41,087 bases of DNA from a virus (IMGVR_UViG_3300031949_000413:1-41087); one strand, 5' to 3'; positions 17,397-27,149 are shown, counted from the stretch's first letter. Numbers and translations are program-made. Notes: a model not told the origin generated them from the sequence alone.

Positions 17397-17921
17397 TCAC
17401 CGTTTAATATACTTGATCTGATCAATAGGACGGTTCGTGCCAAAATACACTTGAACTGGAAAACGCCGTCTGTTAAGATGTGTAGATAGCCCGTAGGCAG
17501 TCAAGCGGTGCATCCCATCCATAACCTCTCCGCGATTTCTGGTGTCAAGGATAAAACACCCACCCAAACTTGACACACGAGATGTTTGAGAAAAACACCC
17601 CAAGTACTCTGCTACTCTAACACCACTTAGACGGCCAGAATACCATTGTTTGCCAGGATGAAAACTTGCGGACTGATACAGAAACTCTGGGTGTTCGTCA
17701 ATGTACCTGATAACACTTGACAGAGGTTCATAGTGGTCTACTCGGTTTGGCAAGTTAGCACAGATGTATATCCTCTTATAGTCGCCAGCATCCAAATTGG
17801 CAATAAACGAATGTACCGCAGTGATGACTATGCCAACATGCGTGTTAATGAGCGGATGATTTCTGTATTCTTCCAGAAGAGACTTGCGCTCGTCTTGATC
17901 TAGCTCCCTGACAATTTTCAT
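17397..17921 (-). CDS. Hypothetical protein, weak ParB/Srx-like DGMHR motif
   Basis: VMDGMHRLTA near the C-terminus. Confidence 0.55.
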   Translation of the reverse strand: MKIVRELDQDERKSLLEEYRNHPLINTHVGIVITAVHSFIANLDAGDYKRIYICANLPNRVDHYEPLSSVIRYIDEHPEFLYQSASFHPGKQWYSGRLSGVRVAEYLGCFSQTSRVSSLGGCFILDTRNRGEVMDGMHRLTAYGLSTHLNRRRFPVQVYFGTNRPIDQIKYIKR

Positions 17922-17929
17922 GTGTCATC

Positions 17930-18319
17930 CTATTCTACAAATCCACTGTCCCCAAACCGCCTGCGTTCGACTTGATACCCGGCACTGCCTAGAATATCAA
18001 CCATTTTATCAGCGGCATCATTATTCCACGAGTGTACATTGATCTTGCCAATTGTCGGCTTATTGGTAACAATCCACCTGGCTACTTCCATGCCACAATC
18101 AGGGCGACTGCTATTGACATATTCCTCTCCGTTCAAGTCGTGGTCTAGCGTTACAAACCCAAACGATCCTGTAGTTTCAAGCAGATGTATAGTACCCTGA
18201 ACTGTGTGTGTGATATACAGATCACCTCCCACAAACGTTCTGGTGGCCGCTAAGCATCGGTATGGGTTGTCGTCCAGAAATAGCACTCTGGCTACCACAT
18301 CCCAGCTAGTATACACCAT
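17930..18319 (-). CDS. Cyclic-phosphate-processing receiver (REC-like) domain protein
   Basis: VLFLDD, VTLDHDL, GMEVARW and INVHSWN..A..M motif order. Confidence 0.7.
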   Translation of the reverse strand: MVYTSWDVVARVLFLDDNPYRCLAATRTFVGGDLYITHTVQGTIHLLETTGSFGFVTLDHDLNGEEYVNSSRPDCGMEVARWIVTNKPTIGKINVHSWNNDAADKMVDILGSAGYQVERRRFGDSGFVE

Positions 18320-18518
18320 TCTTGTTTTCTCCATTGTTCTTGAATACCGATAGGCGTAGTGTTCCTTTAATACGCTGGCGCAACTCGCCCCATGTCGTCA
18401 CATCTCCAACATGCCAAAATTGGCGTGATTCCTGATCTTGTATGCCAATGCAATCATTTACTAACTCCAATACACGCTTAACAGCGTCAATTTCCTTTTG
18501 AGTTGCCTTGCTAGACAT
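18306..18518 (-). CDS. Hypothetical protein
   Basis: 70-aa co-directional ORF. Confidence 0.5.
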   Translation of the reverse strand: MSSKATQKEIDAVKRVLELVNDCIGIQDQESRQFWHVGDVTTWGELRQRIKGTLRLSVFKNNGENKNGVY

Positions 18519-18520
18519 TC

Positions 18521-18766
18521 CTAACCATCCTTAAACCAGCGCGGTTTCGGGAATCTGTCAGTAAACTCATAGCCATTAACTTCTTCAACTTCAAGGTCTA
18601 TGGCCTCCGGCCAGTTCTTAAGAATGTAATCAATGTCATCAGCATACGAGATGACAATAGAGTAAAAACTATCCCCAAGATAACCAGAACACCAATAGGG
18701 ATGCTTAACAGGCCAGTTGAAAGGCCTGTGATCGTCTCCATACGCCTTGAATCTGACTCTTAGCAT
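18521..18766 (-). CDS. Phage hypothetical protein
   Basis: 81 aa; RVRF....DHRP..WP..HPYWCSGY. Confidence 0.6.
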   Translation of the reverse strand: MLRVRFKAYGDDHRPFNWPVKHPYWCSGYLGDSFYSIVISYADDIDYILKNWPEAIDLEVEEVNGYEFTDRFPKPRWFKDG

Positions 18767-18900
18767 TCGAATCCCTAGTCAAGCGAATACTCGGTAACAA
18801 CCTGTATGGCTCTGGGCTTAACGATCTCGCCCCTGATAAGAACATAAGACATCGCCACTTCTACATCTCCTTATTAGTCGCTTTATTGACATTGCACCAC

Positions 18901-19152
18901 CTAAAAATGCTCAACGTATCCATGTGTCACAATGTCATAATAGCCACGCTTATAGCATTTGACACATTGAGCAGTATGGTATCGCTTCTCATTGCCGTGA
19001 GGTGTATTTATTACGGGCGAATCCGCCACTAAACTAAACATCGACTGTGTCCAATCATGATCACATACAGCCTGACAATTGGCTAATAGCTGTTCGCCAT
19101 AGTCCAACATTGCCTTAAATACGTCAGGCGGAAAATTCTCAATCAACCCCAT
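18901..19152 (-). CDS. Hypothetical protein (Cys/His motifs)
   Basis: GAGGA RBS; CDHDW...CVKC. Confidence 0.6.
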   Translation of the reverse strand: MGLIENFPPDVFKAMLDYGEQLLANCQAVCDHDWTQSMFSLVADSPVINTPHGNEKRYHTAQCVKCYKRGYYDIVTHGYVEHF

Positions 19153-19163
19153 AAAGTCCTCAC

Positions 19164-19191
19164 TTCACATAACACAGTCCACACACGGACT
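19164..19191 (+). promoter_or_regulatory. Operator motif copy with perfect arms
   Basis: AGTCC-ACACAC-GGACT (19176-19191), preceded by TTCACA at the -35-equivalent position. Confidence 0.55.
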
Positions 19192-19244
19192 TGCTCGTGA
19201 ATAGTCTAACACCTATAGGGAATGTGAACAATGGGAATTATGTC

Positions 19245-19511
19245 CTAGTGAGATATGCTGTCTCTCCACTCATTAACCGAAAAACAATAACCTTCATGCT
19301 TTATCCTTTTGAACATTACCCATAGATTATATTCGGCAAAGTCATCATCACATAGCGAGTGGAATATAGGCCCATCAGAGAAGAATGCCTGTCCACATTC
19401 GGCACACACATACTCCGTTTGCGATTTGGATATTCTTGCCCAAGTTGTTCCACTACCGCGCATCAAGGCACTAATCAATTCATCAGGTGATACTTCTCTA
19501 ATAATATTCAT
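19245..19511 (-). CDS. Zn-finger hypothetical protein
   Basis: ATG 19511 overlaps the upstream stop; CAEC...HSLC. Confidence 0.55.
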   Translation of the reverse strand: MNIIREVSPDELISALMRGSGTTWARISKSQTEYVCAECGQAFFSDGPIFHSLCDDDFAEYNLWVMFKRIKHEGYCFSVNEWRDSISH

Positions 19512-21268
19512 TTTTGCCACTTTCTCCTGAACAGCTCTCTGTTCCGCTCGACCTTCTCTTCGGTGTCTGGCGATCTGGACTTCGTAGCCCCCTCTAAATG
19601 TCTTAGGCAACTTGCTGGCTGATAGACAACCCGATAACCTTTGGCCTTAGCATCCATACACAAGTCCAAGTCCTCATAATTTAGCCCATCAAGCAACTCG
19701 TCATCGAAATGGAATAACTCACGCCGACATAGCAATGCCGCACCTGTAATAAAGTCTGTCTCTCTCACTTCCGATGCCGCCTGACAATCCAGTTGCATGT
19801 ATAGATAATGATACCCAATGTCTTCTCTATTCCAGTCTATAAGACCGCCCGCGTGCTGTAGCCTGCCATCAGCCGATAGAAGCTTAGGCCCGACAACACC
19901 AACACTCTGATCGTTCAGAACTAGCAACAACATCTCAAGCCAACTCTTGCTGTTGGCTATCACATCGTCATTCAGGGCCATTATCAATGGTGTCTGTACA
20001 AAATCACTGGCGAACTTCATTGCACCACCATAACCCAGGTTCTTACCAGGATAGACAAATGCAACGCTCGGATATTTCTTCTCTAGTGCCAAGTCGTGTT
20101 CCATATCTACATCACCGTTATTGACAACCTTAACGAGCATGTTCGGCGCAGTGGAATGCAATGACTCTAAACATCTCTCTAGCATGGCACAATTGTTGAA
20201 CGTTGGGATAATGGCCGTCACATCCGACTGCTGATACTTTAATGAAGGCAATGTATTTGGCAATGGCTCTATCAGTTGCCCGTCCAGCATATTCTGAACA
20301 CGACGCTTGAACGCTCCGAAGTCCTGCCATGCTCGTGCCCACATCGTCCCGTATTGGCTGAATGCCGCCCACAAATGCCAGTTGTGCGTCAGTTCGATCG
20401 TTATCTGCCCTAACTGGCGCATGTCATCGAAGAGCAATCCAGTCTTATGATCCAACACCACTTCCGGCATTCCCCCCGAACGATATACCAATGGCACACA
20501 GCCCGACGCCGACGCTTCTAAGGGGGAAAGACCCAGATGTTCTTGTGCCGATGAAACTGTCGGCAATGAGATGCCTGTTGCGTGCCAATATAATGAAGCC
20601 CGTCCGTACAATTCGCGCATCTCCTGTTCGTTTGGGTCTACAATAAAGTCTATCGGATAACCCGCCGACATTTCCATCAGGCCATCCAAATAACGATTCT
20701 GCCCCTGCTCAACCGTTCCAGCCAATACCAGTCGCCAACCCGGTAAGTCACCGCGTATCATCCGCATCAATTGAATGAATTGGTTATGAGCCTTGTCTGA
20801 CCATTCGTTTGGCTCTGCAAACCGACTGACATGCAGAATGATGTTCTCTTTGCGAGACGTGTGGTAGTCATCTTCAATGGGAATATAAAGATGTTGCGCG
20901 TCTCTATTCCAACGCGCTTTGACATGGGATGCTGTGTATTGACTATTAGTGTATATCTCAATGCCTTCAGGTGGAGCAGAATACATCGGAAAGAAGACGT
21001 GCATCAGTGTCCGCTTAGCTAACGGTTGCGGGTGTCCGAAATGATCTATTGAAAGAAAAAATTCATAGCCAGACTCTACCCCTGGCCTATACCACCTTAT
21101 CGGTATTCCCTGAAAATATGGCATGATAAGTGGATGAATGGCCGAGCGAACGTACAACGTCACTTCATCTGGGCGGAGTTCCCGCAACGCTCTGACATGC
21201 CAATACACTGCCTTAAACCCGCCACCTTTGGCAAGTAGATGGCTACCTGCATTAACGCCTATATTCAT
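19508..21268 (-). CDS. Fused GT4 (GT-B) + GT2 (GT-A) glycosyltransferase
   Basis: N-half ILHVSRF, EHLGLSPLEA.ASGCVP; C-half AIIPTFN, ALNDD, VVGPKL, YEDLDLC. Confidence 0.88.
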   Translation of the reverse strand: MNIGVNAGSHLLAKGGGFKAVYWHVRALRELRPDEVTLYVRSAIHPLIMPYFQGIPIRWYRPGVESGYEFFLSIDHFGHPQPLAKRTLMHVFFPMYSAPPEGIEIYTNSQYTASHVKARWNRDAQHLYIPIEDDYHTSRKENIILHVSRFAEPNEWSDKAHNQFIQLMRMIRGDLPGWRLVLAGTVEQGQNRYLDGLMEMSAGYPIDFIVDPNEQEMRELYGRASLYWHATGISLPTVSSAQEHLGLSPLEASASGCVPLVYRSGGMPEVVLDHKTGLLFDDMRQLGQITIELTHNWHLWAAFSQYGTMWARAWQDFGAFKRRVQNMLDGQLIEPLPNTLPSLKYQQSDVTAIIPTFNNCAMLERCLESLHSTAPNMLVKVVNNGDVDMEHDLALEKKYPSVAFVYPGKNLGYGGAMKFASDFVQTPLIMALNDDVIANSKSWLEMLLLVLNDQSVGVVGPKLLSADGRLQHAGGLIDWNREDIGYHYLYMQLDCQAASEVRETDFITGAALLCRRELFHFDDELLDGLNYEDLDLCMDAKAKGYRVVYQPASCLRHLEGATKSRSPDTEEKVERNRELFRRKWQK

Positions 21269-21274
21269 AACCTA

Positions 21275-22066
21275 TCACCTTGTTTTGCAGTAAATGTCGA
21301 TGTCGTGCCGAGGTTGTCCGTGTTTCAAGAACAGCGTCGCCAAGTTCCGTTGAATGTTGTCCTGCGTAAACCACCCGCCACTCTGGGGCTGACTGGCATG
21401 TTCGTAGTGCCACACAATAGCCTTCGGTTCGTATATCACATCCAGACCCAACTTCTTAACCGATAGGCATAGTGAAACATCGTCAAACACACCCATGCCG
21501 AATTTGGTGTCGAATCCGCCCACCTTGTCCCATACTTCGCGCCTCACCATCATGCACGCACCTGTCACGGCATTAACCGAGCGCCATGTATTGACGGCCT
21601 TATTCTTGGGCTGCGCCAATGCCATGAAGTGCATCGGGAAGCCATCTACCTCAAAAAATATTCCGGCGTGCTGTACTCGACCGCGCCGATAGGGATCGGG
21701 GTGGTTCTGTGGATACAGTAATAACGCTCCACATACCGCTGCACCAGCATCTAAGTTATTAGCCATTGCTTCGATAGCCCCTGGCGTGGCCTCGGTATCG
21801 CTATTAAGAATGAGAACGTAGGACGCTTCGGTCTTTTTCACACCTCGATTGGTACTCGAAATGAATCCCTGCGGAATGGGATTGCGATACACAGTCACAC
21901 CGTCTAAATTCTTCAATGCTGTCTGTGTCGGCTCGTCCGAGCCATCATCACAGATTAGGATAGAGCCTAAACGTTTCTGATCCCTTAGACTCTGGACACA
22001 CCGAATAGCCATTAGTGGCTGCCCGTGAACGGGAATTACCACATCAACATTGGGCCTTGTCGCCAT
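21275..22066 (-). CDS. GT2 family glycosyltransferase
   Basis: VVIPVH, ICDDGS, ILNSDT, AVTGACMMVR, DDVSLC; AAGGAG RBS before ATG 22066. Confidence 0.9.
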   Translation of the reverse strand: MATRPNVDVVIPVHGQPLMAIRCVQSLRDQKRLGSILICDDGSDEPTQTALKNLDGVTVYRNPIPQGFISSTNRGVKKTEASYVLILNSDTEATPGAIEAMANNLDAGAAVCGALLLYPQNHPDPYRRGRVQHAGIFFEVDGFPMHFMALAQPKNKAVNTWRSVNAVTGACMMVRREVWDKVGGFDTKFGMGVFDDVSLCLSVKKLGLDVIYEPKAIVWHYEHASQPQSGGWFTQDNIQRNLATLFLKHGQPRHDIDIYCKTR

Positions 22067-22250
22067 TACTACTCTCCTTGTCCATTTCCTGTTGCGCAAT
22101 AGTCTCTACCAGCATCGGCCAGCCATTCGGTCTCCAATGGCCCTTCACTTCACCACTAGCCACAACATGCAAATTCACCTTCACCTCATATCTGTAATTT
22201 CCGATAAGGTCTGTGCCAGTACCATCATTTTGAATATTGAGTGTCAACAT
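22044..22250 (-). CDS. Hypothetical protein, possibly leaderless
   Basis: ATG lies 6 nt after the -10-like element of the motif at 22257-22284. Confidence 0.55.
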   Translation of the reverse strand: MLTLNIQNDGTGTDLIGNYRYEVKVNLHVVASGEVKGHWRPNGWPMLVETIAQQEMDKESSNGDKAQC

Positions 22251-22537
22251 TAAATCAGTCTTTGCGTGGACTGGGTTATGTCAACAACATCGGGCTTCGG
22301 CTCTCGTTCTACCCACCATTGACCAGGCACATCATGACTGTGATAGCTCACGTGCTCTAGCCCATAATCAATATAGGGTGTCCAGCCTTCCTTTTTAAGG
22401 GCGTCTTGTAGGCCAATGAATTCCCGATAAGCATATTGGCCTGCTATCACCCTAAAAAGCAACTTGGCCCATAATGGTCGCTGGCGCAGTGCCCGTTCAA
22501 AGTCCAATGCCCATGCTACAATGCCTTCGTTACTCAT
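22250..22537 (-). CDS. Hypothetical protein
   Basis: 95-aa coupled ORF. Confidence 0.55.
   Translation of the reverse strand: MSNEGIVAWALDFERALRQRPLWAKLLFRVIAGQYAYREFIGLQDALKKEGWTPYIDYGLEHVSYHSHDVPGQWWVEREPKPDVVDITQSTQRLI
22257..22284 (-). promoter_or_regulatory. Promoter/operator motif copy
   Basis: TTGACA-N16-AAGACT with box AGTCC-ACGCAA-AGACT. Confidence 0.6.
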
Positions 22538-22862
22538 AGCTATCCCCGACCTTGCGTCTAAATTCCTCTGCCATATTATCCAAGTCTAGCCTCTTCAGCC
22601 ACCCAGTAAGATATGTCACCACTTCTTCATCAGTCATACGTAAAATACGTCCAGCCTCAGCAACCGCGCTCAATACCAATGGCAGCAATTGCTCAAGCTC
22701 CTTATCACGATCTTCCTTAACAGCCTGCTCTCCGCCGAACAATCTACTAAGAGTCAGCCCATAACAACGTTTAGCCATTTCAACTACATATTCATTGATG
22801 ATAGACGACAATCCAATCCTTAGAACTTCAGCATTCATTATACACTTTTCCATTGACCACAT
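22530..22862 (-). CDS. Hypothetical protein
   Basis: 110-aa ORF; start uncertain. Confidence 0.5.
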   Translation of the reverse strand: MWSMEKCIMNAEVLRIGLSSIINEYVVEMAKRCYGLTLSRLFGGEQAVKEDRDKELEQLLPLVLSAVAEAGRILRMTDEEVVTYLTGWLKRLDLDNMAEEFRRKVGDSYE

Positions 22863-22900
22863 TTGTTATCTTATAAACACCAGGACAATAGTGTTTCATG

Positions 22901-23977
22901 TCAGATTCCCAGTGCAACTTCGTACATTCTTCCAGCATCACGATAAAGCGACTCTGCCCATGTATGCCCGTCAGTAGACAGATTGGCACGCAATTTATTG
23001 TCGGAAATCATAGCCTCTATCGTTCTATCCCATTCAGCCGACTTATTATTGACCAGTAATCCGCCGACACCCTCTTTGAACGATCCTAAATTAGATGCCA
23101 CCCACGGAATACCGGCCATGCCTGCCTCTATCTGCTTCAGAAAGCTTCTTCTAAGATCGTATTGTGACGCGATGGGACAAATGTACAAGTCCCAAGACTT
23201 CACTATTTGCGGCCAGGCCTCAAAGGTCGTCCAGAAGTGCATGGAATACCTACCCTGTAGGCCCGCCTTGTCTAACAGAATGGCAATGCGTGGGTCTTTA
23301 TTCTGTAGGTGAATATAGACACGACTGTTGTTCCGACAAACAGTCGCCAGCGCCGGAACAATACCACTATCCCTGAATGACTCCCAGTGCGCGGTGCTTC
23401 CGCCCCATCCGATAATGAAATTGTTATCAGGCGGTCGTTTCCCAAACTTATCCCACAGTTCTGGCGGCGATACGTTTGGGATATATTGGATCGTTGGGCA
23501 AAACTGCCGATAGTCATCAGCCAATAAACGCGAGGGGACTATAGCAGTATCACACATGCGTAGCGTCTGCCTGAATTCAGTCAGGATAGCGCCGACCTTC
23601 TTCGTACCGTCTGACTTTGTGCCAAACTGAAAACTCTTGCCGCCCCTCCACGATAGGGCCGACGCACCGCCTGAAGGAGGCATTAAATGGTAGGCATCAT
23701 CGAACAGGCCCACAACCTTCTTGCCCTGCGCGTGCCACTTGTCAATGTGAGGCCACAACTCGCTCAACAACAATCTTTCGAGTAAGATAACGTCAGCCGA
23801 GTCTACAATCTCTTGGAATTCGGGGTCATACTTCTCTGAGGATAATTCGTAGATGTGGGTAATCACACACCGATGTCCGTTCCTACCATCAAGAATTTTG
23901 GCAGGAATCAAACATCGGTAGTATGAGGTATTCAGTTCGTCGCGCCGATCCGCCACTGCCCACAAAATCGTTGCCAC
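22901..23977 (-). CDS. GT4-like (GT-B) glycosyltransferase
   Basis: YYRC..P, DVILLERL, FDDAYH, IGWGGS..H, SFLKQIEAG.AGIPWVAS. Confidence 0.75.
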   Translation of the reverse strand: MATILWAVADRRDELNTSYYRCLIPAKILDGRNGHRCVITHIYELSSEKYDPEFQEIVDSADVILLERLLLSELWPHIDKWHAQGKKVVGLFDDAYHLMPPSGGASALSWRGGKSFQFGTKSDGTKKVGAILTEFRQTLRMCDTAIVPSRLLADDYRQFCPTIQYIPNVSPPELWDKFGKRPPDNNFIIGWGGSTAHWESFRDSGIVPALATVCRNNSRVYIHLQNKDPRIAILLDKAGLQGRYSMHFWTTFEAWPQIVKSWDLYICPIASQYDLRRSFLKQIEAGMAGIPWVASNLGSFKEGVGGLLVNNKSAEWDRTIEAMISDNKLRANLSTDGHTWAESLYRDAGRMYEVALGI

Positions 23978-23997
23978 ACCTAACTCCCTGTTACAGT

Positions 23998-24207
23998 TTA
24001 CTTGCTGATACTATATGTCGCCTTTGTCACCCACCCATGTAACGGGCATAGCCATGTCTCTCCAACATTGACGTGTGCGCCACACTCGCAGATCGGCAAC
24101 ATGGCTAAATGGTCATCAATGCGCTGTAGCATATCAACCATTTTAGCCATCGTGCGCTGTATGTCAGCCAGAGCATTTACCACATCACGCAGTTCGCCAA
24201 ACATCAC
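23998..24207 (-). CDS. Small Cys-rich hypothetical protein
   Basis: CECG...CPLHG; coupled to the portal stop. Confidence 0.55.
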   Translation of the reverse strand: MMFGELRDVVNALADIQRTMAKMVDMLQRIDDHLAMLPICECGAHVNVGETWLCPLHGWVTKATYSISK

Positions 24208-25943
24208 TCATCACCCTCGTCAACAGCCTCTACAGTCACCTTCTTAGCAGGCTTCTTACCCATCCGATTGCGTTGCTCACCGAGCTTGGTGGGACTGCCC
24301 TTCGGTTGCGTCTGAGACACTTCCTTAGTAACATCTCCTTCAGGGCCAACCACTGTCTGAGAGAATGTGGCCGGTGGAACCCATAAGTCCTTCTTCTTGG
24401 ATTCTTCTTCCTTATTGGATAGCTCTGACTCATAAGTAAGGCCAGCCGCGCTTTGCAATGTTCGGAGTGACAGCGCCCCGCCTTCGTACATCGGCATGAA
24501 GACCTTCTCGACACGCTTTTCCATTTCGAGAATGTTCGGCGCAAATTGTATCCGTAGCTTGGCAAGTGGCTTCTTAGCCCTGAAGGTTCTGTTGGCCCAC
24601 TTCTTCACTAAATACTCGACCCAGCGTGTTACCTGATCAGCCTGATAGCGTGCGCGCTCAATGTATATCATCACGTCCAAGTCACCAGCTCCCCCGCGCC
24701 CACCTGTGCCGCCCAATATACCAGGCATCTCGCCTGATACAACCTCCGCCGTAATACCCATCTTGCGGAAGAATTGTTTTGTAAGATACGATAGATAATT
24801 GCCACCCATCAGGGTGTCTAGGCCGGTAGGCGCATAGACATTCACATTCAACGGCGCATTCCACCACACCAACATACCAGTACGGTTGACATTGATACCC
24901 GACAGGTTGTTGCGAAGTGCATTCAATTGCGCCGGTAATGGCATGTGGTCAGCATCGCCCAAAGAGAATACCCACAACTGATACTTGTAGCCTTCTGTCA
25001 CAGCCCTAATAGCATCCTCATGAACTATGCGCGAAGTCAAGTCCCTAAATCCACGTGATAGCATTGGCATTGAATAGCGCGTCCAATTGAAGTCCCTGTC
25101 CCGAATAGGCCGTAACATTGTGCCATCAAGTGGCATACCAGCACCATCATACGGCGGTGGATTCTCGTTCCAGTGGCGCAGTAATGGGCGGTGCAACGCC
25201 GGTGGCATCCGTGTCTCTATCAACTCTTTAGACCATGCGTTCTCTCCCACATACTCAGAGCCTAATGCAAATCCCCAGTTGTATCCGACATGGACGTGTA
25301 GGGGATATAAATTCAGGATAGTAACCTTGTTCTTGTCGGTCTCATCCCATGCCTCATGCGGGAAAGCTTGTCCATACACGCGCATGGTGCGCCACAATTC
25401 ACTAACAACTTCTTCAATGCCGTTATCAGCCAAGAATCCTTCAATGTCCTCGCGCAGTTCGGTATCGGGGCAATGCACGATCAACTTACGAGAAATGAGT
25501 TCAATCGGAACATCGCAGACATTCGTCGCATCGCCTTCCGTCTGGTAAAAGTGTTCCGCCAGACGCATTCGTGTCTGTACTTGTGGGAGCATGTAATTGG
25601 CTGGGCGCTTCTTATCTGGGTCGGTGGCTAATTGTAGAGCCGCCTTCAGAACATTCTGTAAGCCATTGTAGGGTGTCTTTTCGTCTACTTCAGCATTAAG
25701 GGGGGATGATATGACTTCAAATCTGCCAAACTCGTTCGAGATAGGGGTGTTGTTCCAGAGTGGAATTTCAACCCTGCCACCAAAGTCGTCTTTACCGGAG
25801 AAGTCAGACTTTATGTTGGACTCAATAGCCCGCGCTTTGGATGTCATCTTACCGTCGAGACCAGTCCAGCGCCCCGACTTTGGGTTGAAACCGGCCTGCT
25901 TACCGGAAATGTATCGTGGCTCAATAGCTTTCTTGCGAGGCAT
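24204..25943 (-). CDS. Putative phage portal protein
   Basis: About 580 aa, helical, with a charged low-complexity C-tail; RYSMPML..GFRDL segment; phage context. Start placed at MPRKK (25943) downstream of a strong promoter. Confidence 0.6.
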   Translation of the reverse strand: MPRKKAIEPRYISGKQAGFNPKSGRWTGLDGKMTSKARAIESNIKSDFSGKDDFGGRVEIPLWNNTPISNEFGRFEVISSPLNAEVDEKTPYNGLQNVLKAALQLATDPDKKRPANYMLPQVQTRMRLAEHFYQTEGDATNVCDVPIELISRKLIVHCPDTELREDIEGFLADNGIEEVVSELWRTMRVYGQAFPHEAWDETDKNKVTILNLYPLHVHVGYNWGFALGSEYVGENAWSKELIETRMPPALHRPLLRHWNENPPPYDGAGMPLDGTMLRPIRDRDFNWTRYSMPMLSRGFRDLTSRIVHEDAIRAVTEGYKYQLWVFSLGDADHMPLPAQLNALRNNLSGINVNRTGMLVWWNAPLNVNVYAPTGLDTLMGGNYLSYLTKQFFRKMGITAEVVSGEMPGILGGTGGRGGAGDLDVMIYIERARYQADQVTRWVEYLVKKWANRTFRAKKPLAKLRIQFAPNILEMEKRVEKVFMPMYEGGALSLRTLQSAAGLTYESELSNKEEESKKKDLWVPPATFSQTVVGPEGDVTKEVSQTQPKGSPTKLGEQRNRMGKKPAKKVTVEAVDEGDE

Positions 25944-25974
25944 TATTGACTCCGAACTACACCAATATACAAAG

Positions 25975-26003
25975 AGTATAAGCCCTATGCGCCAATATGT
26001 CAA
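25975..26003 (-). promoter_or_regulatory. sigma70-type promoter for the portal/glycosylation block
   Basis: TTGACA (26003-25998), N17, TATACT (25980-25975). Confidence 0.75.
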
Positions 26004-26018
26004 CTTCGGGTTTCCAGC

Positions 26019-26034
26019 AGTCCGCACGGATACT
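26019..26034 (+). promoter_or_regulatory. Operator box copy in the divergent intergenic region
   Basis: AGTCC-GCACGG-ATACT. Confidence 0.5.
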
Positions 26035-26090
26035 AACTAGCGTACTAAAGTCCTATTGCCCGTTTCTACTTACCGTAATACAATAAGCGC

Positions 26091-26279
26091 ATGGCTAAAA
26101 ACGATCCTATCGTATACCAAAAAGACCCTGACGGAACTTACTCGTCACTCGACTTAACTGAAATGACACGCGACTTCATCAACGAATGTGTCAATGTCTG
26201 GAACGAGCGTCATTCAAGTGAGTCGGTGATGTACTTCGACCCCAAAGGCAATGTGCATTTGCATACTATTAAGGGATAA
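26091..26279 (+). CDS. Hypothetical protein
   Basis: First ORF of the plus-strand block. Confidence 0.55.
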   Translation: MAKNDPIVYQKDPDGTYSSLDLTEMTRDFINECVNVWNERHSSESVMYFDPKGNVHLHTIKG

Positions 26280-26285
26280 CTGGGC

Positions 26286-26618
26286 GTGTTACTCGATCCG
26301 ATCTACGTTCAACAAGTCAACCGATATGTCTACTCATACAATGTCGCGTGCGACTGGGATGGGTGTAACGAAAAGTTCTTGAGTGGACACAAACGCCCAC
26401 CGCACTATTGCCCAACACACCAGAAGGCCAACAAGCAACGTCGTGTCAATGAAGGACACCAAAGAGAATGTATGGGTATCGAAGTGGCTGGCACTGAATA
26501 CGACACTCGACGTTCAGGCAGTGTCAGAGTAAGCATTGACGATATAGCCGACAGTATGCCACGCTGTCCGGTCTGCAAGAAACCAATAAGCGCCCTACAA
26601 GACTGCGAATGTCCATGA
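26286..26618 (+). CDS. Cys-rich hypothetical protein
   Basis: CDWDGC, YCPTH, CPVC. Confidence 0.55.
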   Translation: MLLDPIYVQQVNRYVYSYNVACDWDGCNEKFLSGHKRPPHYCPTHQKANKQRRVNEGHQRECMGIEVAGTEYDTRRSGSVRVSIDDIADSMPRCPVCKKPISALQDCECP

Positions 26619-26971
26619 GTAAGTTTCCCGCCATGCCGACCGAAGTAATAGAGACCATGTCCCGCAGGCCAGTGGACATTGGTAGTCCGTTTGGTAAATG
26701 TGACTTACACCATGCCATCATTAGCAAAGGCATGATTACGGGCCTACCTGATAGAGAGAAGGTCAAGATACACGACCCGCGCAACCTTCTTAAAGTTGAA
26801 CATAGTGTTCACTTGTCAAAACCACTGCCAAGTCCCATACGGGCCGCAAGAATGTTGAGCATGATATATGGGAAGTCTGAAATACTGGAATGGCTAAGGT
26901 CAATTGAGTGGCGCTATGGAATACCGCGCTCAGATATTTCCGAACTTATAAACCAACTGGAGTCAAACTAA
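26609..26971 (+). CDS. Possible HNH-like nuclease
   Basis: CDLHH...NL......H pattern, degenerate. Confidence 0.4.
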   Translation: MSMSKFPAMPTEVIETMSRRPVDIGSPFGKCDLHHAIISKGMITGLPDREKVKIHDPRNLLKVEHSVHLSKPLPSPIRAARMLSMIYGKSEILEWLRSIEWRYGIPRSDISELINQLESN

Positions 26972-26972
26972 C

Positions 26973-27149
26973 ATGACTACGTATGGTGCAGTAGAAATCG
27001 ACAGTCGAGAATATTATGATGGTGGCTACTCATGGCATATCATGTATGACATCTACCGATATGAAGATGGCAAGGCGACTAAAGTTATGAGTAACATCAA
27101 GGACAGCGATGTAACTGATGTCATTACCAAACTGAAAGAGTCAGACTGA
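26973..27149 (+). CDS. 58-aa hypothetical protein, paralog of the next ORF (not in the track)
   Basis: YDIYRYEDG...VTDVITKLKESD. Confidence 0.6.
   Translation: MTTYGAVEIDSREYYDGGYSWHIMYDIYRYEDGKATKVMSNIKDSDVTDVITKLKESD

Noticed and set aside
18777-18791. Eleventh copy of the operator box (AGTCA-AGCGA-ATACT)
   Set aside because: The spacer is 5 rather than 6 bp and one arm mismatches.
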